This document shows positions 1-8,300 of a stretch of 10,563 nucleotides of DNA, one piece after another. The notes beneath the pieces were generated by a model that had not been told where the DNA came from, did not search any database, and saw only the letters and a program-made list of their open reading frames with translations. The DNA is taken from assembly GCA_000388065.2 (NCBI GenBank), contig KB932234.1. The stretch is one strand, 5' to 3'. Within the stretch, counting starts at the first letter, position 1; each line of letters opens with the position of its first letter. The translations under genes were made by a program, and so were the position numbers. Source of the stretch: Fonticula alba ATCC 38817 (Eukaryota > Protista > Nucleariida).

Positions 1-1014
1 GACATAGACGGACCGGTAGCTCCGGCCGCAGCCCTGGCGCCGGCGCATGCGGATCCCATGCATGGTCCGGACCAGCGGCAGCTGCACGACCGCGATCTCG
101 AAGGCCACCGGCAGCTCGTAGGCCGCCACCTGCACGCTGCCGCTGGTGGCCGTGAGCATTTGGCTGTCGGTGCTTTGCAGGAGCGACCGGCTGCTGGACT
201 GGCCGCCAGGGTGCGGGCCCGGGGGGGGCCCGGCCCCGGGCCCGCCGGGGGGGAAGTGGTGCGCGTGCGGGTGGTACGGGTGCGCGTGCGGCTGGTAGGC
301 CGCCGCCGTGCCGAAGCCCGCGGGCTGCTGCGGCTGCGGCTGGGGGGGGGGGGGGGGGGGGGGATGGTGGGGGTGGTGGTGGTGGTGGGCCCCGGCGAGC
401 GGGCCGGCCGGCGCCGCCGGGTAGCCGCCTCGCCCGGGCCCGGGCGGCGGCATGTCCTCCGGGCAGGGGATCGACAGCTCCTGCTGGCAGTGCCCCTGCG
501 TCCGGCAGAGGTCCAGCTCGCTGCCGGTGGACGTGGCGAAGTCCTCCTCGCCGGAGCGGCCGGTGGCCAGGAGCTGCTGCTCGGCCGGGGCCGCGCCCGA
601 GGGGCCGTGCCCATCCGGCGGCTGGGGCTGGTGCCCGGTGGTGCTGTCACCGGGCCCGCCCGGGGCCAGGAGCCCGGCGCTCAGGCTTCCCACGGCCGTG
701 GTGGCCTGGGACAGGTTGCTGGCGCACGATCGCGACGGGTCGTCCACCGGCGGCCGGGGCGACGGCGGCCGGTGGTCGTGCGGGTGCTCGGCCGCCACGG
801 CCACGGTGCCGGCGGTGGCCAGCAGCTCGCGGCTGTTGTTCGAGTAGCCGGCCGCCCCGGCGCCCGGGTCGGCCCAATCGCTGGCCGTCAGCTCGCCGCC
901 CGTGGACCGGTCGGTGTAGGACGAGTCGTTGTGCCCGCCGCTGGCCAGGCCGGCCGCCGACACCACGCAGTACAGGGCATACGTGCCGACCATGTGGTAG
1001 GTGATGCGCTGGTT
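1..1014 (-). CDS. Exon 6 (partial): KA1 continuation with large insert; stop codon lies outside the window
   Basis: Hand translation, absent from the ORF track: NQRITYHMVGTYALYCVV...(280 aa)...YELPVAFEIAVVQLPLVRTMHGIRMRRRQGCGRSYRSVYV, 338 codons with no stop. Confidence 0.88.
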
Positions 1015-4000
1015 CTGGCCATGGGGCAATGCGCGAGCCGGGGCCCGGGGCACAGGGTCACACGTGCGGGCGGCGGAGGTCAGTCATCAACATCGGGCGG
1101 GAGGGGGTGCCTGCTTGAGTGTGCTTGTGCGCGTGCGTGTGCGCGTGCGCGTGTGTATGCGCGTGGGTGCGGCGGCCCCGCCGTCGGCCGCGGCCGGGCC
1201 GGGGGGGCAAGCCCCGGCACAATAGGCCACACGTACATCCAGCACCCGGCGGATCTCGTCCAAAATGAGGTACGGCGGCTTGGAGCTGGTGGCCGCCAGG
1301 CTGAAGAGCCCCCGGAGGCTGACCTTCTCCGGGGGCGAAGGCTGCGAGTCCGGGGCCGGCAGGTTCATGGGGTTGACGCCGCCCGGGAGGCCGGCCCCGC
1401 GGGCGGCCGCCGGGCTGGTGGCCGAGCCGCCGGTCGCCGGGCCGGCACTCGGCGCCCCGCCGGCCGCCGGCTGCGGCTGCGGCGGCTGCGCGGGCGCCGC
1501 GGCCGCCGCGGCCGCCGGCACCATGGCCGACAGGGTGCCGGTGGCTTGGAGCGGGGCCGCGGCGCTGACCGCCCCGGGACCCGGGCCGGCCCGGACCCCA
1601 GGCGCCATCACGCCCGGCCCGCCGGCCGCCGACATGGGCAGCGACCCGGCGGAGTCGGCCGCCGGGGCATAGAAGCCCGCCGGCGGGGGGACCACCACGG
1701 CGGTGGGCCGGCCATCCGGCCCGACGCCGCCGCCGCCGCCGCCACCGCCAGTGCCATACCCATGGCGCGGGGTGACCGGGGCCGAGGCGCTCGGCATGGC
1801 GCCCGGCCCGGCGAACAGGCCGAAGGGCGCGGCGCCCGGCGCCCCGGCCGGCGGCCGGTTCAGCAGCACCGAGTACCAGCAGCGCGTGGTGCAGGCCACC
1901 AGGAGGAGCTCCCCCAGCCGGGGGGACTCCGGCCCGGGGATGGCCGCCGCCGCCGCCGCCGCAAGGGCCGGCCCCGGCGGGCAGGCGCACAAGCCAATGT
2001 GCTCGAGGGCCGGGCCGGGACCACCGGCGGCGGCGGCGCCCGGCGGCGGCGGCGGCGCCACCGCCGACATCGGGCTCGGCAGGTGCATGCCCGTGCCGCC
2101 GACGCCCAGGCCGCTGGTGGCCGACGGCGTGGTCGAGGGCCCGGGCCCGGCCCCGGCGCCGGGGGCCGTCACCGAGGCCGTGGACGTGGTGGAGGCCCCG
2201 GGCGAGCCGGCCGGGCCGCCGGGCGCGGCCGTCGCCCCGCGCAGGGCCCGCACCCCGCGGCGCAGCTCCTTGGCCGAGAAGGTGGCCGCGCGCATGCGCC
2301 GCGGCCGGGCGGCCGGCGTGGCCGGGGCCGACTCCACCCCGGCCGGCAGCCAGCCCCCGACCGGGCCCTCGGGCCCCAGGCCGGCCGGGTGGTGCTCGGC
2401 CGCCACCGCCCCGGCCGCCAGACCGTACATCTGCAGCAGGTCCGCGTGCACCGGCCGCAGGAGGCCGCACCCGCTGCACAGGGCCGGGGCGATGGCCGGC
2501 AGCATGGCGCCCGGGCCGGCCGCATACGAGGCCACATGGAGCGGGCCGCCGGCGCTGCCCGGCCCCCGGGGGGTCCCCGGGGCCGAGGCGCCCCAGCTGG
2601 CCCCGGCCCCCGGGCCGCAGGGCGCCGGCGCCAGGCCCGGGTGGTGGTGCCCGGCGTCCGGCTCATCGGCGAACAGGCCGCCGGAGTAGCGCGGCGGCAT
2701 GGCCGCCGGCGTCGGCGCCACCGGCACGATCGGCGGCCCGACCGTGGCCACCAGGGCCCCCTGCTCGGAGCGCACCAGCGCCTGGCTCGAGGCCCACTGG
2801 GGCATGGTGCCGGCCGGGCCGAGCCACCGGCACCCGGCGCAGGGGGCCACCACGCCGGTGGTGCAGCCATACGCCCCCCCGGCCGGGCCGGCGGCGGCGG
2901 CGGCGGCGGCCGGGGCGCTCATCAGCCCCCCGCCGGCCAGGCCCTGCTGCTGCTGGTGCAGGGCAAAGTGCAGGTACTGGTAGTGCAGCAGGTCCGACAG
3001 GTCGCCGCCGGGCCCGCCGCCGCCGGCGCCGCCGTTCGACCGGAACCCCAGCAGGTCCGGGCTGTTCGGCGCCGAGGAGCACATCGGCGAGGGCATGCCG
3101 GCGACGGTGGCCAGCGCCCCGGCGGCCGGGTGCGGCCGGCCGCCGGCCAGGAGGGCCTGCAGCCGGGGCTGCTGCGGGCCGCCGGCCCCGGCCGCCTGGC
3201 CCAGCCCCGACGGGGCGGACCCGGTGCGGCCGGTGCCGGCCAGGCGGCCGCGCGCGGGCCCGGGCGACGCCTCGCCGGGCCCGGCCCCGGCCCCGGCCCC
3301 CGGCAGCCGGAGGCTCGGCGGCCGATGGAAACGCGTGCCGCGCAGCGACCCGCCGGCCGGCAGCCCGGCCACCAGGCTGTCCAGCATGGCGGCCGCCGGG
3401 CCGGGCCCGCCCGCCGCCGCCGACGCCAGGTCCATGGACTCGCTGCGCCGGGGTCCGGCGGCGGCCGCCTCGCCGCCCGGCGGCTGCCCGGCCACCAGGG
3501 TCCCCCCGCGCGAGGGGCTGTCCCGCGCCCCGCCGGCGCCGATGCACTCGGTGGTGGCCGACCGGACCATGCGACCGCTACGCGGCATGATCCCGGGCCC
3601 GCCGCCTCCGAGCGGGGCCTGCTGCGGCTGCGGCTCCTGCGACGCCAGCGGCTGCTGCGGCGGCGGCGGCGGCGGCTGCTGCGCCATCATCATCATCGCC
3701 ATGGGGTGGTGGTGGTGGTGGTGAGGCCCGGGCCCGGGCCCGGGGCCCGGGGGCAGCCCCCCGGCCACCAGGGTCGCCGCATAGAACCCGGCCCCGGGCC
3801 CCGGCTGGCAGGCCCCGCACGAGGGGCACCCGCCGGGGCCGGGGTGGGCTTTGCCGCCGGGGCCGGACGGCGACCCCGGGCCCCGGGGCCGCGCGCCGCC
3901 CGGGCCGGCCGCGCCATCGCCGCCGGCGCCCTCGCCCGGCATGTCGCCCGCGCCCGGGGACAGCTGGTCCCCGAGCCCGGCGTCGGCCAGGGCCGCCGGC

Positions 4001-5343
4001 AGCGGGGCCTCCAGCCCGGCGTGGCCATACCGCGCCCCGGAGCAGGGGGGCTGGCCGCTGGGCTGGTCGTAGTCTGGCCCGCGCCACGGCCCACCGCCGG
4101 GGACCAAAAAGCAACCCGGCCGGGCGCCGAGCATCCGCGCAAAGGCCGTCGGTGGGTACGGGAGAGAGGCTGGGTGAGTGTTCCGCGCGGGAGCATGTGC
4201 CCGGTGGGCCCGGGGCGGCGGCCGTGGCGCGGCCCGCCCCCTTGGACAAAATAAACCCCACACGCACAGTACGCGAAGTCCCCCTCGTCGGTGCTGAGCA
4301 GCCCATCGCCCCCGAGGCCGGTGGGGGCGTCCCCGGCGAGGGTCCCCCCGCCGGCGGGCGCGGTCGACGTCAGGTCCACCACCGGGACCCCGGGCGCGCC
4401 CGGGCCGGACACCACGCCGGCGTCGGTGAGGGCCCGGCCGCCGGCGCGCGCCCACGACCGCCCAGCATGCCCGGACATGGCCTGGGCCACCTCGGGCCGG
4501 ACATGCCCGGACCGGTGGACCGCCAGCGCGGCGGCCGCGGCCGCGGCCGACAGCGGCTCCGCCTCGGCCCCCGGGCCCGGGCGCACCACCGGCAGCCCGG
4601 ACCCGCAGTAGCAGGCGAAGGCGGCCCCGGGGACCGGGCCCCCGGGCCCGAGGGCCATCCGATCTAGGGCCACCAGGTTGTGTCTGGGGGGGGGGGGGCG
4701 TGGCCACGCCGGCCGGGCGAAGCGGGCGGTCAGTATTGGCCGGGCGTGTGTGTGTGCGGGTGTGCGGGTGTGCGGGTGTGCGGGTGTGCGAGTGTGCTGT
4801 CTTCTTTGCCCCGCCCCCCTGGGTCCGGGGATGTGCCGATCGCAAAGCCACCACGCGGCGGCCTGGCCCACAATCCCCCGGGGCGCGCTGGTGTTGTGGG
4901 CGAGGGCGGGCCACGCACCGGAGTGCCGGGCGCATGCTGCCCCGGGCGCTGATGTCGTCGTGGTACTCGTCCCAGCCGGAGCCCCAGCCGTCCCAGCCCC
5001 AGGCCTCGGACGGGTCGTTCTCCTCGCGGCGGATCTTCTCCAAGGCCAGCTGGTACATGCAGACGATCGGGCACCGGGGCAGGCCGTCGAGGCCGTCGCC
5101 CCGGGCCCCGAGCACATGCGCCCGGACCAGGGCCGCGTAGATGGCGTCCGGCTTGAAGCCGAACTCGGCCAGGCGCTCGACCGCCCGGGCGTCGGGCACG
5201 CTGGCCGGCGGGCTGCGCGGCGGGGGCGGGGCGTACGGCGGCCGGCCCGGGGCCGGGCAGGACCCGCTGCCCGCGCCGAGCCCCATGCCGCTGGCATTGG
5301 CACTGGTGCTGGTGAGCAGGAGCGATCCGCCGGGGCCGGCCGG

Positions 5344-5382
<39 letters not shown>

Positions 5383-8300
5383 TCCCAGCAGCCCGACCGC
5401 CGGGTTGAACGGGTCAAAGCGGCCGAGGTCCCCGCGCCGGGGGGCCGGCGGCCCGGAATACCCGTCGCACACCCACCGGTCGGCCAGCACGTCGTCCAGC
5501 GTGGCCCGCCGGGAGGGGTCCACGGTCAGCATCTTCATGATGAGGGACTTGGCCTCTGTCGGGGGGGGGGGGGGGGGAATAAGGGAGGCGGGCCGGCACA
5601 GGCCGCGGCGGACAGATCGACAAGCAGGGCGGTCAGTGTCAGCGGGCGGGGGGAAGGAAAAAAGGACCGGGCCCTGGGGCCGCGGCCGCCGCCGGGCCTC
5701 GGCCAGCGCCTCGTCCGCCCCCCCTCCGGCCCCCGGCCACACACACACACACACACGCAAAAACCACGCCCGGCCATGCCCCGGGGACAGGGGCACCGGA
5801 GGAGGAGCCCGGCCATCGGCCTCACGCACCGGCCGACACCACCGGCGTGCTGGGCCACCGGAGCTCGCCGGACTGGACCTTGGCATACAGGCGGCTGAGG
5901 CTGCGGTCTTCGAAGGGCACCCGGCCAATGAGCATCACATAGAGCACGGCCCCCAGCGACCAGAGGTCCACCTCCGGGCCGCGATACGGCTTGCCGGCCA
6001 GGAGCTCCGGCGCGGCGAAGTACACCGACCCGCAGTTAGTCCGGAGCGGGTCGCCGGCCGGGTCGTCGCACAGGGCCGCCAGGCCCAGGTCGGCCAGGCG
6101 CAGGCGCCCGTCCCGCCCGACCAGGATGTTCTCCACCTTCAGGTCCCGGTGGACGATGCAGTGCCGGTGGCAGTATTCCACCGCGGCCAGGAGCTGGCGG
6201 AAGAGCGGCCGCGCGGCCGACTCGCGCAAAAAGCGCCGCGCCACGATCCAATCCAGCAGGGCCCCGCCATCGACCAGGTCGAACACCAGGTACACCTCCT
6301 TGCCGAAGTCCGAGTACACCACGTCCCGCAGGCCGACCACATTCGGGTGGTGCACCAGCCGGCCGAGGGACAGCTCGCGCAGGACGAAGCGCCGCTTGCG
6401 CTTGCACATGACCACATGCTTGACGGCGTACTTGCGCCCGGTCACCACGTGCCGGGCCTTGCGCACGGTGCCGATGCCCCCGGCCCCGAGGACCTTGCCC
6501 AGCCGGTAGGGGCCCACCTGGTCCGGCACGATGCTGGACTCGGTGCTGCTGGCGGCCGGGGTCATGACCGGGGCCGGGGCCGGGGCCGGGGCCGGGGCCG
6601 GGGCCGGGGTGCTGGCCGGGTCGCCGGCGCCCGGGCCGTCGGCCTCCGGCCCGGCCGCCGTGGCCGTGGCCGCCGTGCTGACCGTCCGCCGGCCGAACCA
6701 CCCCCGCCGGATGATGGTCCCGGTGGCGGTGGCCACCCCGGCGTGGGGGTGCGGCGCGGTGCCGGCCGCGTGCGGTCCGGCCCCGGCCGGGGCGTCGGCC
6801 TGCCCGCCGGGCCCGGTGCCCGGGACCGCGGCCAGCGGCTCCTCCCTGCGCCCGGGGGTCACGCCCATTGGGCGCCGTGCACCGGGAGGGGGGTCATGCC
6901 GACGGCCGTCCCGAGGGCGGGCGAGGGGGCGGGAGTGATCGCCAGTGCCGGTGACAGGCGATCGGCCACCGAGGCGTGGCGAAGCGCAAAGTGTGTTAGC
7001 AACAGCCGGCCGCCGGGCACACGCGCTGCCCCACAGGTCCAGTCCCCCCCCGCCCCCCCGGCCCAGCCCGCGAGGCCCACGGACCCGGAGACGTACATGA
7101 CCATCGAGCTGTCGCCCCAGACATTGGGCGGCCCGTGGACCAGGGACCCGGGCTGGTAGGTGGCCGGGGCCGGGACCATGCGGCCGGGCGGGACCTCCAC
7201 CACGCGGCCCTCGAGCGGCTGGTTTTGGGCCCAGTCCGCCCGGACAAGGTCCCAGCCGCGGTCCCAGTCGGCCGAGCCGTCGAGCCGGCGCCACGCCCGC
7301 GGCCGCGGGTGGAAGCCATACGTCGGCCGGGTGCAGTGCGGCAGCCGGGCGGCGCCGGGGCCGGCATCCGGCCCGGCCGGCTCGGCCCCGGGGTCCGCCT
7401 GCTTGGCCGACCGGCCGTGGGCCGCGCGCAGGGCCGCCGCCAGCTGCTTCGGATCGTCCCCGAAGTACCCGCCATCCGGGTCATAGTACAGGGCATCCAG
7501 CGGGTTGTACGGGTCCAGGCCCAGCTCCAGCAGGTCCTGCGGCCCGAGCGGCAGGTCCAGCTCCCGGCGCGGCGGGGCGGCCCCGCCCTGGCCGGGGCCC
7601 GGCTGCTCCGGCGGCGCCTCCAGCGACAGCTGCGCCAGCCCCGCCTGGGCCACCATCAGCCGGAGCTCCTCGTAGGTGATTTGCCGCTCGATGGTGGCTT
7701 GGTCCACGGACAGGGCCTCCGAGACGACGGCCTGCGCGGAGGCGCGCGGCGGCTTGGCCGGCTTGGCCGGGGTGGCGGCCGCGCCGGCCTGCGCCGCAGA
7801 CCGCCGGTCGGGCGGCGCCGCGCCGGCCCCGGTGCTGCCGCCGCCGCCGGCGCCGGCCCGCGAACCCGAGGACGACCCGGCGCCGGCCGACGAGGAGGCC
7901 GTCCGGCCGGCCGGCCGCGCACTCGGCCCCGGGCCCCCGGCCCCCGCCGGCCGGTCGCCCAGCCCCCCGGGGTAGGTGCCCGAGGCGAAGGCCGCGCCCG
8001 GGGCCCCGGGCAGGGTGCCGGCCGCGCGCGGCCCGGCCTGCCTGTCCGGCCGCCGGCCCGGGTACTCGGCCGGCTCGTCGGCGGCCGGGCCCGGGCCCGG
8101 GCCCGGGCCAGGCCCGGCGGTCGGCGGCCCGGCCGCCGAGGGCGGCGAGTCCGGCGGACTGGTCACCCCGGCGCCGGGCCCGGCGAAGGGCGCCGCCCCG
8201 GGCGTGCCCTCCCCCTCGGCCGGCGGCGGGCGTACGGGGTGCGGCCCGGCCGGGCCGCGATCTGGCCGGCCGAAGCCCGGCTCGCCCGGGGCCGCCCGGG

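Larger units (their letters stand above)
1..1329 (-). other. KA1 (kinase-associated 1) domain, in pieces: 1329-1237, 1014-961 and 120-<1
   Basis: GLFS..TSSKP..EIRRVLD; ITY..G.YALYCV; FEIAVVQLP..HGIRMRR..G. Confidence 0.85.
5470..6508 (-). other. Protein kinase catalytic domain (about residues 594-848, interrupted by intron 2)
   Basis: GxGxxG, beta3 Lys, alphaC Glu (RE), HRDLK, DLG, activation-loop Thr (6038-6040), APE, subdomain IX Asp and subdomain XI Arg all present. Confidence 0.97.

Noticed and set aside
58-4254. 1398-aa plus-strand ORF
   Set aside because: It is the codon-aligned antisense of exons 5-6. Antisense stops need TTA/CTA/TCA codons, which are rare in a gene with G/C-ending codons. 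The product is Arg/Gly-rich with no recognisable motif.
5821-5825. Alternative GTGAG donor for intron 2
   Set aside because: It gives an out-of-frame join with either nearby acceptor AG.
1087-5928. 1613-aa minus-strand ORF as a single-exon gene, or dual coding of exon 4 by retaining introns 3 and 4
   Set aside because: It lacks most of the kinase, reads through microsatellite introns (THTRTPAHPH) and truncates KA1. Stop-free runs are expected at this GC content, and exon 4 codon bias favours the spliced frame.
5822-6868. Stand-alone kinase starting at ATG 6868 or 6565
   Set aside because: A donor, branch motif and first-AG acceptor with matching phase link exon 1 to exon 2, so a single gene is more parsimonious. 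Not excluded without RNA data.
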